Shown here piece after piece: positions 18,337 to 27,437 of a DNA stretch of 42,918 nucleotides (position 1 is the stretch's first letter; every line of letters starts with the position of its first letter). The translations under genes were made by a program, and so were the position numbers. The stretch comes from a virus (taxonomy: Duplodnaviria > Caudoviricetes). The notes below the pieces were generated by a model. The model had not been told where the DNA came from. It searched no databases and saw only the letters and a list, made by a program, of their open reading frames with translations. The stretch spans positions 1 to 42,918 of the IMG/VR virus record IMGVR_UViG_3300048848_000239. One strand, given 5' to 3'.

Positions 18337-19260
18337 TCATTTGAAAGTGATGGTGAATTCGTTGGCGCCGCCCGTGGTCATCATCAGCGGCAAGCCGTAG
18401 TTGACGATCTTCTGGGTCTGCCCACGTGTCGGCCGGCCGATCTGAACCGCGTCGGCCGAGAAGGTGACGATGTTGCCCGCCGTCTTTCCGTGCTGCGAGG
18501 CCAGTGCGCCGAGGACGTGGCTGTCGGCCGCCTGGAACCAGTTCTTGGTGGCAAGCAGCGTGGCTTCGAGCGTGGCGTTGCCGGTCATCTTCCGGTCAAC
18601 GTGCTCAATGCCTTCGTAGCCGATCAGGAAGCGCGGCTCGATCTGGTTGCCGAGATCGAACGTGAAGCCCTCGCAAGGTCCGGTGTAGGCGTGAAGGCTG
18701 AAATCCGTGTTGGCCTTGGATACCGGAACCGGCTTTTTCCATGCGGTGAAGACAGGGGCCACGCGCGGCACGTCGGAGATGATGCCGAGGAGGCCCGTCA
18801 TCGTGAACCGGAAGCGCGGGATCTGCTTCGGCGTCAGACCGCCCGAGAGGTTGCCGCGCGCGCCGAGCAAGACATGGTTGACGCCGTCGTCGTTGAAGTA
18901 AATCGAGACCGCTTCCTGCAGAGTCGAGATCGGGCTGTACTTTACGTCCTGGCCGGCCGTGACGACTTCCTTCATGGCGCTGGCGCGCAGAAGTGGGCCG
19001 CACGCCGGCGCCGTACCAGCCGTGCCCGAACCCGCGATCTCGACATCGAATGCGAGCGTGGCGTAGCTGCCCACCAGCTGCACGCCCTGGTGACCCATCG
19101 CTGCGGTGATGAGATCCCGCTCGGCCATGTCGCCAACCGACGGCTGAAACTCGACGTTCGCTGCGAGGATCGCGTTTGCGGCAACGGTCGGCAGGGCGTC
19201 CGTGCCATAGGTCGCCTCGATCTTGGTCGCCATTGCAAGGTTACTGGCATAACGAGCCAT
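18337..19260 (-). CDS. Major tail tube protein
   Basis: KIEATYGTDA, GSGTAGTAPACGPLL and GARG..FRFTMTG motifs; position before the chaperones. Confidence 0.85.
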   Translation of the reverse strand: MARYASNLAMATKIEATYGTDALPTVAANAILAANVEFQPSVGDMAERDLITAAMGHQGVQLVGSYATLAFDVEIAGSGTAGTAPACGPLLRASAMKEVVTAGQDVKYSPISTLQEAVSIYFNDDGVNHVLLGARGNLSGGLTPKQIPRFRFTMTGLLGIISDVPRVAPVFTAWKKPVPVSKANTDFSLHAYTGPCEGFTFDLGNQIEPRFLIGYEGIEHVDRKMTGNATLEATLLATKNWFQAADSHVLGALASQHGKTAGNIVTFSADAVQIGRPTRGQTQKIVNYGLPLMMTTGGANEFTITFK

Positions 19261-19472
19261 TAGACGGCATCCTTCTTCGTGCGACGGCCGGAAGCGTCAG
19301 GCGCCGGCATCGTTTCGGTTTCAACCGAGGTTTCGGGAGCAGACGGATCCGCGGCATCTGCCGGAGCGCCTTCGGCCACTGCCTTCGCGGCAGCTTCTTC
19401 GACGCTCAAGGTGCGCTCGACGAGCACTTCCTCGCCTTTGTCATTCACGGTGTACGACCCGCCCGGCATCAT
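19260..19472 (-). CDS. Small hypothetical protein
   Basis: GGSYTV...LVERT pattern; overlaps both neighbours. Confidence 0.65.
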   Translation of the reverse strand: MMPGGSYTVNDKGEEVLVERTLSVEEAAAKAVAEGAPADAADPSAPETSVETETMPAPDASGRRTKKDAV

Positions 19473-19888
19473 TCAATCTCCTGTTGGTAAAAGGCTGTGG
19501 TGTAGGCATCCTCGAACCAGACGGTGCCGCCGAAGGCCTGTTGCAGCTCGCCGGCCGCGTGTTCCAGCGGCTCGACGTCGGGCGCCGGCACCCATCCGAT
19601 CAGCTTGCGCCGGCAGTAGGCTTTGAGGGCATCGATGTCCTCGACAGCGGCCGCGTTGTTCTGCTGGGACAGGTTCTTCGTCACGATGACGACGGCGATC
19701 GAGGCGGCAGTGCGCTGTAGAGTGCGGCCGAAAGTTTCGCTTGGCGCAGACCGTTCCTCGGACACGAAGGCAAAGACGGCCGGGGTCGCCGCCGGCGTAT
19801 CCTTGACGTCAGCCAGCGCGCCGGCGCCGCCCGAGATGCGGAATGGCGTACCTGTTTCCATGAGCCGTGCGAGGACTTCGGGTATCAT
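19469..19888 (-). CDS. Tail terminator (Mu gp37-like)
   Basis: TPAVFAF, RKLIGWVP and VWFEDAY motifs; synteny. Confidence 0.75.
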   Translation of the reverse strand: MIPEVLARLMETGTPFRISGGAGALADVKDTPAATPAVFAFVSEERSAPSETFGRTLQRTAASIAVVIVTKNLSQQNNAAAVEDIDALKAYCRRKLIGWVPAPDVEPLEHAAGELQQAFGGTVWFEDAYTTAFYQQEIE

Positions 19889-20451
19889 TCGGCCAGCTCC
19901 TTCCGGAGGTACTCGATGCCCTCCGCGTTCAGCGCAGCGATGTCCTGTTCGGAGAAGCCGAGATAAGGCCGGGCCGGGATGGTCACGCCATGCTCGCCGA
20001 TCGTCACACGGCGCAGCTCCGCGCCCTTGGTACCGTGCGGAACGAAGTGGGTGCGCTTGCGGATCTTCTTCAGCGACATGGTCTGCGACCGGGCGAAGTG
20101 CTCGATCGTGCCGCCGAACTGGTGGATGCCGGCATATTCGACATTCGTGCCGACCTCGGCCGAGCGTTCGTCGGATGCCGTGATAAGGCTCTGATAAAGC
20201 CGGGTGGAAAGCCGCAGGATCGTCTTGGTACCGCGCCGACGCCCGTTGACCTTGCGCGACGAGGTGCGCTTCGACAGCGGCTTCCAGGCAACGGCGTCGG
20301 GTCCGACCTGTCGCTCGAAACGACGCTGCGTTGACGTCAGCATGATCGCCGCGAAGTTCGACATCAGCTGTCCGGGATGACGCACGGCCTCGACCAGGCG
20401 CACGAGCGCGGACGTCGCCTTATCGTCGAGAACGACTTTCGAGCCGGTCAT
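19885..20451 (-). CDS. Virion morphogenesis / tail completion protein (Mu gpG, P2 gpS-like)
   Basis: STQRRFERQVGPDAVAWKPL, VGTNVEYAGIHQFGG and IPARPYLG motifs. Confidence 0.88.
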   Translation of the reverse strand: MTGSKVVLDDKATSALVRLVEAVRHPGQLMSNFAAIMLTSTQRRFERQVGPDAVAWKPLSKRTSSRKVNGRRRGTKTILRLSTRLYQSLITASDERSAEVGTNVEYAGIHQFGGTIEHFARSQTMSLKKIRKRTHFVPHGTKGAELRRVTIGEHGVTIPARPYLGFSEQDIAALNAEGIEYLRKELAE

Positions 20452-20882
20452 CAGAGATACCTCAAACTGTCACGGGTGAAGACGCGGGCCGGCGCGGAAG
20501 CGCGAACCTGACCGCCGCCGGCAGGTGCTGGCGTCGTGATGCCGTCGCCGAGCTGCACCACGCCTTTTGCGACATCCCGCAGGAACGACACCGCTTCATT
20601 GTAGGCGCGCGTCACCTGACTATCCTTGTCGGCCGAGGAGCCGTGAAGGTAGTAGCGGGCGATATCGGCCACGGCCTTTCCGAGCGCCGGCGGTGCGACG
20701 GCGAGCGGGAGAGCGATAGCCTTTGAGATGTAGCCATCAGCAAAGGCCGAGGCGTCGGCGATCGCGCGGCCGACAACCGCGTCATCGATCGTAGACACCG
20801 GGATGTTGGTGCGGTCGGTGAGCTGAACCAGCTCGACTTCCCCGAACCGCTCAACCAGCCCTTGCTTGGTGACGTAGCTCAT
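20451..20882 (-). CDS. Head-tail adaptor (Mu gp36 / DUF1320)
   Basis: MSYVT...ELVQLTDR, AIADASAFADGYI, DIARYYL and FTRDSL motifs. Confidence 0.9.
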   Translation of the reverse strand: MSYVTKQGLVERFGEVELVQLTDRTNIPVSTIDDAVVGRAIADASAFADGYISKAIALPLAVAPPALGKAVADIARYYLHGSSADKDSQVTRAYNEAVSFLRDVAKGVVQLGDGITTPAPAGGGQVRASAPARVFTRDSLRYL

Positions 20883-20893
20883 TGCTTGCCCCG

Positions 20894-21718
20894 TCAGCCG
20901 AGGTCAGTGACGAGCATAGGTTCGTTCATGATCGCAAGCAGCTGCTCGCGGGTGAACGCCTCGACGGGGTACCTGACCTTTTCGGCAGGATGGGCCCGGC
21001 CGGCGCGCCGGAAGCCGGCCACCTTGGACGTGACCTCGACCTCCCTCACGCCGAACGACAGGATCCGCTCAAGCTCATCCATTTCGAGCTGCTCGCGCTT
21101 CTCGCCATATGCGAAATCCACGCCGCCGACCGAATAGTCCACAACGGGCTCCGGTTCAGCGAACACCGGCCGAGCATCGCCCGGCAGGGTGAAGCCGGGG
21201 AACGCTGCCTGGACGTGATCGAGGACGAACTGAAGGTTGATGCGATCTTCCTCGGTCGCCGTCCGACCGAGATCAAAGACGACGATATCGACCGGTTCCT
21301 CGACCAGCTCCATAGCCGAGGGGTCTGCGGACTGCACGCCAGGCAGCGCCGCGTCGAGTGGGGCAGCGGTACGCGCAACATCAGCTGCGGAGCCCTCTTC
21401 GGTATTCAGGGTGGCGACGGGATCGACGCCGGCGACATGAGCGATCGCCGCGTCTCCGGCCTGATCGCCGACGAGCGCCGGGTGCTCGTCCAGACCGGTG
21501 TTGGCCGGCTCGAACACGGGTGCTGCGGCCACGATCGGACGCGTGACCAGATCGGCCGCGAGATCGCCCGGCGCGTCGTTGTTCACATGCTCGCCAAGGC
21601 CAAGCGCGTCTGCGGCGCCGACCTCGTGGGCAACGCCGTCGCCGGTTGCTGCCGGCAGGACGACAGCGGCTGCGCCCGTGGAAAGAGCAGTCGCATTCTT
21701 CAGGTTCTTCGGAGCCAT
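20894..21718 (-). CDS. Mu gp35/HI1506-like protein with long acidic N-terminal extension
   Basis: C-terminal GFRRAGRAH...FTREQLLAIMNEPML domain; GAAGGGA RBS before ATG 21718. Confidence 0.75.
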   Translation of the reverse strand: MAPKNLKNATALSTGAAAVVLPAATGDGVAHEVGAADALGLGEHVNNDAPGDLAADLVTRPIVAAAPVFEPANTGLDEHPALVGDQAGDAAIAHVAGVDPVATLNTEEGSAADVARTAAPLDAALPGVQSADPSAMELVEEPVDIVVFDLGRTATEEDRINLQFVLDHVQAAFPGFTLPGDARPVFAEPEPVVDYSVGGVDFAYGEKREQLEMDELERILSFGVREVEVTSKVAGFRRAGRAHPAEKVRYPVEAFTREQLLAIMNEPMLVTDLG

Positions 21719-21823
21719 TTTGATTTTCCCTTCGGATCTTGCGGAGAGGATCGACACCGGTCCCCTCCGAAATATCCGCCGGCCAGGGAGGAGTGGCCGG
21801 CGGCAGTCCCTGCTCTGGGAGGA

Positions 21824-22720
21824 TTAGGCGAGCAGGGGAACGACCATGACTTCCGCGGTACCGGCCCACTTGTTGGTCTCGCCGCCGTTGACGAGCGCGC
21901 TCTTGACGATCGCATTTGCCGCGCCTTCAAGCGCCGGAGGAACCACCAGGAGACGGGGATTGAGGTTGAGCGGACGGGCGTAGTCGCCCTTCATGGAGCC
22001 GATCGCCACACGCGCCGTCTCGTAGTTGGCGGCGTTCAACGTCTGCTTGGAGCCCCACGCCTGCTGCCAGAAACCGAAGCCGACCTGGCATCGCCCGTCG
22101 ATGCCGTAGATGAACTCCTTGCGGAAGAAGACGTTGTCGTCGTCTTCCTTGTCCTTGCGGACGAGGTTCGTGAACGGCTTCCGGCTCTGGAAGATCAGCG
22201 GCTTCAGCGGACGCGACACGTCCATCAGGAACCACGGAAGGCCCGTGCCGCCATCGGTATTGGCAACGGACGTCGGCTTGCCGGCGGCATCGAGCACAAC
22301 GTGGTCGACGTCGAAGAAGTACTGGCCGTCGTAGCAGAGGCTGGAGAAGCCGAGCTTCAGCAGCTCAAAGATCAGCTCATCGGGGAAGGTCTGCGCGGCA
22401 TTGCCGAGCTCTTCAAACAGCGGCGCGTAGATCCCGAGGTTGTCATCGTCGAAGTCATCGCGATCAACGCCGATCGTGTTCTCGAACGAACGGTTCGTGA
22501 GCGTATAGCCATGCTTTGCGATGGCGTTGATGACGCGATCGCCAAGCCATTCACGGAAGCGCGGCGCCTTGCCGAGCCAGCCGTATTCGTTCGTCTTCGT
22601 GGTCGAAAGGACGGTCGTTGCGATCCGGTCCTTCAGCGACGAGGAAGACGCCAGTCCGCGTGCGAAGGCAGCGTTGAAGCCGACGCCGGCGGATTTGAGG
22701 GTCGCGTTGTTGATTTCCAT
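21824..22720 (-). CDS. Major capsid protein (Mu gpT)
   Basis: YGWLG..P.FREWLGDR, FENTIGVDRDD..DDNLGIY, CYDGQYFFD.DH, KPLIFQ.R and GFGFWQ motifs; start ATG 22720. Confidence 0.95.
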   Translation of the reverse strand: MEINNATLKSAGVGFNAAFARGLASSSSLKDRIATTVLSTTKTNEYGWLGKAPRFREWLGDRVINAIAKHGYTLTNRSFENTIGVDRDDFDDDNLGIYAPLFEELGNAAQTFPDELIFELLKLGFSSLCYDGQYFFDVDHVVLDAAGKPTSVANTDGGTGLPWFLMDVSRPLKPLIFQSRKPFTNLVRKDKEDDDNVFFRKEFIYGIDGRCQVGFGFWQQAWGSKQTLNAANYETARVAIGSMKGDYARPLNLNPRLLVVPPALEGAANAIVKSALVNGGETNKWAGTAEVMVVPLLA

Positions 22721-22730
22721 GTGGTGCCCC

Positions 22731-23141
22731 TTAAGCGAACGTGACCCAGACGCCCTGGTCGTCCACGTCGTGAATTTTCCCGACAACCGAGCGCGTGTTG
22801 GTAGCGCTGGTTTTCGCGACGGTCTGGTCATCGACGCCGTATGCGTCGTTGCCGATATCGGCGCGGGTGATGAGGTCGGCCGAGGCCGAGTTCTCGTAGC
22901 GGAAGACGCCGAGCGAGGTTTCTGCAACCAGGGCGCCGTTGGCGCCGAGCAGGTTGTCCACCGTGCGCTCGTTGCGGGTGACGGCCTTCAGGGTCGCCAC
23001 AGCCGTGACCGGCACGAGGAAGCCCGCAGCATTGATGCCGACCATTGCGCCTGCGTAGAGCTTGACGGCGGCGCCAACGGGAACATGGCGCTTGTGACGC
23101 TCGCGGCGCGGCGTCATGCGATCTGCGGAAAGAGCCGTCAT
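22731..23141 (-). CDS. Head decoration/cement protein
   Basis: MTALSADR.T, ITRADIG..AY.VDDQTV, GVWV pattern; lies between protease and capsid. Confidence 0.75.
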   Translation of the reverse strand: MTALSADRMTPRRERHKRHVPVGAAVKLYAGAMVGINAAGFLVPVTAVATLKAVTRNERTVDNLLGANGALVAETSLGVFRYENSASADLITRADIGNDAYGVDDQTVAKTSATNTRSVVGKIHDVDDQGVWVTFA

Positions 23142-24301
23142 CGGCCAGCCTCCATGGATGTCTTGGACTTGAGCATGTCCTCGACGCTGATGTTCATCTG
23201 GCGCATGACAGCGAGATCCGCGTCATCGAGCCCGGCGGTTGCGGTGGCGCTGCCAGCAGGCGGCAGAGCGGTGGATCGCTGGGCCGAAGTCAGCACCGGA
23301 GCCTTGCCGACGAATTCTTCAAACATCGTGAGGTTCGCCTTGTGCAGCGAGATCGCCCAATCCTTCTGGGCCGGCGTGATCTTGCCGGCGCGCATGGCAG
23401 CGGCGACGGCCGTCTCGGCATCGTTCTCGACCTTGTGCGTGACCAGGCTGTCCACCTTGGCAGCCATCTCCTTGAAGACGGCGATCGGCACATACTTGGT
23501 CGGGTCTGCCGCACTGGCGGAATGCGCTGCGGCGAACGCGCCGACGATCACATCTACGGGAGCGTTTTCGGGCTGACCGGCGGCGATCGCGATCTTCTTG
23601 CGATCGGCAAAGGCGGACTGGACGGCCGTCATCACCTGTTCGGACTTCGCATCCTTCGACAGGCCGGCTGCCGTGGCGATCGCCGTGGAGCTGGTGAGCA
23701 GCGAGTTGACGGCAGTCAGCACGTCATCCTCGCCGGTGCCATCGGCCAAGCCGAGGGCAGCGAGCACTCTTTTCATGGGAACCTCTGTTGTGGGTGGCTG
23801 GAAGTTGAAAACCGAGTGAGCGGAGACCTCAATCATGTCGAGGTTCGGCACGTTGGTGAGCGCGACGGTCTGCAGCGCCAGGACGTCGCCGTCCTTCGTG
23901 TGGAAGTAGACGGGCGACAGGTAGCGATATTCGCGGCCCTTGATCGCGGAGGCGGCGTTCGCGGTCCACTCGACGCGACCATAGAGACCGTCGTCGCGCG
24001 CCTGGACTTCCTTGATCCATCCAGCGGCAGGCGCTGGCTGACCATTCGTCAGGGCGTGGATGCTCTGATGTTCGTAGTCGACGAGGATGTCGGTGTTGCC
24101 AGCATAGCGTCGCGTCATCTCGGCGATCTGTTCGAGCTTGACCTTGTCGCCGGCATCGTACGGGCCGCGTCCATCACGACCCGAGAACTTGCCGGCCGGG
24201 ATCAAAAGGACCCACGGATGATCGGCGGCCGTAGCCGGAAGATCGGCGGCGTGGGCGGTAACGAGGGATGCTGCGAGGAGAGCGGCGATGGCGGTTTTCA
24301 T
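23138..24301 (-). CDS. Head maturation protease/scaffold (Mu gpI), with probable internal scaffold start (gpZ) at 23776
   Basis: GRDGRGPY, VDYEHQ, APAAGWI, YRYLSPV and ALTNVPNL motifs; internal GAGG RBS before ATG 23776 (MKRVLAALGL); GKITPAQKDW. Confidence 0.93.
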   Translation of the reverse strand: MKTAIAALLAASLVTAHAADLPATAADHPWVLLIPAGKFSGRDGRGPYDAGDKVKLEQIAEMTRRYAGNTDILVDYEHQSIHALTNGQPAPAAGWIKEVQARDDGLYGRVEWTANAASAIKGREYRYLSPVYFHTKDGDVLALQTVALTNVPNLDMIEVSAHSVFNFQPPTTEVPMKRVLAALGLADGTGEDDVLTAVNSLLTSSTAIATAAGLSKDAKSEQVMTAVQSAFADRKKIAIAAGQPENAPVDVIVGAFAAAHSASAADPTKYVPIAVFKEMAAKVDSLVTHKVENDAETAVAAAMRAGKITPAQKDWAISLHKANLTMFEEFVGKAPVLTSAQRSTALPPAGSATATAGLDDADLAVMRQMNISVEDMLKSKTSMEAGR

Positions 24302-24519
24302 AACCGCATCTAGCGACTATGTTCCCGAACTGTCGGGACCGCGAAATCGCACACCGAGAGGCCGATCCCGGCCTATGCCCTCGCCAAAGACATATCACGG
24401 GGAGGATACGGGACAAGGACCGTTTTCAAAGCCGTTTCAAAGCCCTTGGACGCGCGTTTGGGGTCTGGCCGCGACAACCGGCCATCCGCACCCTTCCTGC
24501 CGCCTTCTAGGGCCGTTTA

Positions 24520-24548
24520 TTGCGGCTTGGTTCCAACTGGACTATAGT
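24520..24548 (+). promoter_or_regulatory. sigma70-type promoter, antisense to the late operon
   Basis: TTGCGG (24520-24525), 17-nt spacer, TATAGT (24543-24548); predicted start about 24554-24555, at the 5' end of the structured element. Confidence 0.55.
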
Positions 24549-24552
24549 GCCC

Positions 24553-24646
24553 TGGTGCGCGTGACACGGTGCTATTCTCCCTGCCGTAGGACTGTCTTCG
24601 GACAGGATCGCAATGTGAGGTTCTCGGGAGGCCTCACCGCGCATCA
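24553..24646 (+). ncRNA. Candidate ~92-nt pseudoknotted, tRNA-shaped ncRNA
   Basis: Closing stem TGGTGCGCG/CGCGCATCA; hairpin ACGGTG/TGCCGT; CTGTC-TTCG-GACAG; GTGAGG/CCTCAC stacked on the closing stem; loop TCTCCC complementary to loop GGGAGG. Confidence 0.6.
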
Positions 24647-24649
24647 CTC

Positions 24650-25861
24650 TCATCTTCGGTCCATGATCAGCTTCACGTCCGGACGAGCCAGCATGCGTGC
24701 GATGTTCTCGTCGCTGGCATAGCGGAACGATGTCACGAACGCCGCCTTCCGGGTTGCCGTCACTTTCAGGGCAGCGTAGCGCCAGCGGCCGTCGTTGAGC
24801 TTCACCAGGACGAAGGTCTGCTCTCCGTCCTGGAACACCATCGTCGGATCGGCGCCGATCGAAGGCAGGGCGCGATAGTCCTCGATCGTCAGCTCGGGAT
24901 GCCGGCGCAGCTGCTTTTCCATAGTCTCGGCGGAAAGGATCGCGACCTGGACATCTTCCTGCACGGCATCGCGCAACGCGGCCGGGATCGCCATGACCGG
25001 CATGCTGCCCTGTGGATCTCGCACGAACCGCTCGAAAGCGCTGCTCGAAACCCGATCTTCGACGGCGGCTCGGACCATCTGCGGGGATGCATCAGTGACC
25101 TTCTCAGCAATCGACTGGTTGACGCGCGCCTCGTATCCGGCCTTGCCGGGATTGTAGGCCCAGCCGGGATCGATACCGTCCGGCACACGAACGATCTCGC
25201 CTGTGCGCTTGTTGGTGAAACTGCGGAACGTCTCGGCCGGCGGTTCGAAGTGCAGCTTTTCGCCTTCCGCGATCAGCTGATCGACCTCGCGCTGCGACAG
25301 GGACTGCATCGTGCACCGGCATCGCCAGCCGCAGGGCGCTGCCCAACGGTTCCAGTAGGGATGGTCGACGGGAAGCACGAGGTTATGCCGGCGCGCGTGC
25401 AAGGGCCGGACATGATCGTCGTCCATGGTGACGTAGCGCAGAAACGGCCTGGTCTTCTTGTTGCGCTCGAAGTTTGCCCAATGGCCGGCCGCATACGAGA
25501 CGCGCATATTGGCGTCGAAGATCGTCTGCAGCCGGCGCGGGCTGCCGAGCTGCGCCGCGACGGTCTCGCCTGTCTGTGGGTCGGTGGCCAGCTTTTTGCC
25601 CCACCATCCCTTTTGCTGCAGGATCGGAGTGAGCTGCCGCGCGAACTGTTGCGGCGTCTGGCCTTCCTTCAAAGCCTTCTCAAAGGCGGCTTGAATGTCC
25701 TGCAGGATGTCGAAGCCGGCAGACTTCGCGACCGTGAACATCGTCGCATGCTCTTCCTGCCATGCATCCTGCCAGGAGAAGGTTTCAACGAGGTTCGGTG
25801 CGCGCTTCTCGAATGCCGCAATGGCCTCAAGCGGCGGCAGAGGCTTTAGCTCGGCAAGCAC
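24650..25861 (-). CDS. MuF (gp30) head morphogenesis protein with C-terminal PBECR-like nuclease domain
   Basis: MuF motifs FTVAK, RRLQTIFDAN, RPLH, PVDHPYW, PCGWRCRC, GIDPGWAYNPG; about 130-aa extension (KQLRRHPELTIEDY...YAALK...FVTSFR). Confidence 0.88.
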   Translation of the reverse strand: MLAELKPLPPLEAIAAFEKRAPNLVETFSWQDAWQEEHATMFTVAKSAGFDILQDIQAAFEKALKEGQTPQQFARQLTPILQQKGWWGKKLATDPQTGETVAAQLGSPRRLQTIFDANMRVSYAAGHWANFERNKKTRPFLRYVTMDDDHVRPLHARRHNLVLPVDHPYWNRWAAPCGWRCRCTMQSLSQREVDQLIAEGEKLHFEPPAETFRSFTNKRTGEIVRVPDGIDPGWAYNPGKAGYEARVNQSIAEKVTDASPQMVRAAVEDRVSSSAFERFVRDPQGSMPVMAIPAALRDAVQEDVQVAILSAETMEKQLRRHPELTIEDYRALPSIGADPTMVFQDGEQTFVLVKLNDGRWRYAALKVTATRKAAFVTSFRYASDENIARMLARPDVKLIMDRR

Positions 25862-25862
25862 A

Positions 25863-27437
25863 TCAGACCTCGTCGCTCAGATCGTCATTGCCAAGACCGG
25901 CCAGCCGGGAGGCAAAGGTGGCACGCGCCAGCATGTCGGTCATGGTACTGACGTCCATCGTCTTGAACCGATCGGCAAGGATCGAGCGCACCTCGTCGAG
26001 CGACGTCGCGCCGGCGATCTGTTCTTCGAGGCCCAGAACGATCGGCGCCACCAAGGGCTCCCAGCCATCTTCGCCGAGCAGCTCGTCAACCGACGTGTCG
26101 ATCGCGTCCTTGCCGACCGGGATCGCGGCGCGCTGGGCGGCGGTCGGCGTTTTGCCTTTGACCGGAAGCAGCGGCTTTTCCTTTCCGTCATCAGCAGGCT
26201 TGGCTGGCGCGCCGAGCAGCTCCTCGTCCTCACCCGGATCCTCAATGCCCAGCTTGTCCCGGACAACCGACATCCCAACCTTGCCGCCCATATCGACGAA
26301 CGTCTTCACGTTCCCCATCCACGCTGTGACATCGATCTCGTCCGGACGCCCGATCTTGATCTTCGGATAGGCCTTCTGCGGCCCTTTGTTCAGATCGATG
26401 TACGGCTTAACGAGGTCACGGTTCAGCGTGGCCGCGAGCTGCTTTGCATCCGATCGCTCAATGTCGGCTTTGACACCATCGTGGACTTTGCCGACCGCAT
26501 ATCCGCCGGCAATGGCATCGGTTGTTCCGGTCTGACCGAGGACGACTTTCGAAACCTGCTGGTCGAGCCAATCGCAACGTTTCAGGTAGAGCTCATGGCT
26601 GCCGGAGATATCGGCCTTTACGAACTCGACCGTCATCGACTGAGGAACGATCGCGGAATAGTCCACGCCGATGTTGGAGACGGCCTGCAGCAGCACTTCC
26701 TTGTCGGCCTCTGACGCGCCTTCGCCCCACTTGCCCAGGCGAAGAGGCTGACCGTACGCTTCGCAGAAGATCGCCCAGTCCTTCTGGGTGAAGCTCTTGA
26801 ACAGGAACGTCCAGCAGACGGCACGCGCGATACCGCCTCGGATCGGAAGGCCCGATTTGATCTTGGCCTGATGGAATACCCACTTGTATGGCGCAAGCGG
26901 AACGTCGCCAGTCACATCCCGCAAGAGCGGCGTCTCGCCGTCATGGTCAGCGAAGCGGAACCAGCGCGGATCGCGCCACTTCAGCGCCTCCGGCTGCCAT
27001 TGGCTTTCCGAGGTATCCCACATGATTTCGGTGCAGGAAAAGCCCTTGCCGGTGGCGTCAAGGATATCGACCAGCTCAGTCTCAAAGCAGTCACGCTCAA
27101 CGAAGGCGCGGATCATGTCCGCGTTGGCGACGTCCTCGGCGCTATCGCTTGCCGCATCAACGGTCACGTCCAGCCCGGCGACCTGAAGCTTCCGGGAACC
27201 GAGCACGCCGGCGTAGTGGAGATCGCGCTCTTCCATGTCTTCGGCGAGCGCAAGGTAAGCCTCGGGATCGCCGTTGATGCTCGACTGCAGAAGGCGAGCG
27301 AGCTTTGCCGGCGTCAGGCCCGACGCCTGGTGCTCGGTGTTCGGCCGCCGCACGCCCATCATGGTCGGCGCGGCATGTTCCTTCTTCAGCATCGCGGTGC
27401 TGACAGGGTTGCCCCACTGGTCGATGATCTGGGCCAT
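25863..27437 (-). CDS. Portal protein (Mu gp29, DUF935)
   Basis: GLTPAKLA, EDMEERDLHY, WAIFCEAYGQPLRLGK and SKVVLGQT motifs. Confidence 0.93.
   Translation of the reverse strand: MAQIIDQWGNPVSTAMLKKEHAAPTMMGVRRPNTEHQASGLTPAKLARLLQSSINGDPEAYLALAEDMEERDLHYAGVLGSRKLQVAGLDVTVDAASDSAEDVANADMIRAFVERDCFETELVDILDATGKGFSCTEIMWDTSESQWQPEALKWRDPRWFRFADHDGETPLLRDVTGDVPLAPYKWVFHQAKIKSGLPIRGGIARAVCWTFLFKSFTQKDWAIFCEAYGQPLRLGKWGEGASEADKEVLLQAVSNIGVDYSAIVPQSMTVEFVKADISGSHELYLKRCDWLDQQVSKVVLGQTGTTDAIAGGYAVGKVHDGVKADIERSDAKQLAATLNRDLVKPYIDLNKGPQKAYPKIKIGRPDEIDVTAWMGNVKTFVDMGGKVGMSVVRDKLGIEDPGEDEELLGAPAKPADDGKEKPLLPVKGKTPTAAQRAAIPVGKDAIDTSVDELLGEDGWEPLVAPIVLGLEEQIAGATSLDEVRSILADRFKTMDVSTMTDMLARATFASRLAGLGNDDLSDEV

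Noticed and set aside
20882-22744. 620-aa + strand ORF, and similar long + ORFs at 6689-8179, 22521-23576, 25695-26714 and 36247-37560
   Set aside because: Antisense shadows of well-supported phage genes, with no RBS or motif support.
24553-24646. Structured element as a genuine tRNA or a known self-cleaving ribozyme
   Set aside because: No 7-nt anticodon loop, canonical T loop or CCA; no hammerhead or twister core recognised. Kept as an unknown ncRNA.
24174-24722. ORFs 24174-24416 (-) and 24288-24722 (+) as MuF immunity proteins
   Set aside because: They overlap gene I or MuF, lack an RBS and have non-protein-like composition.
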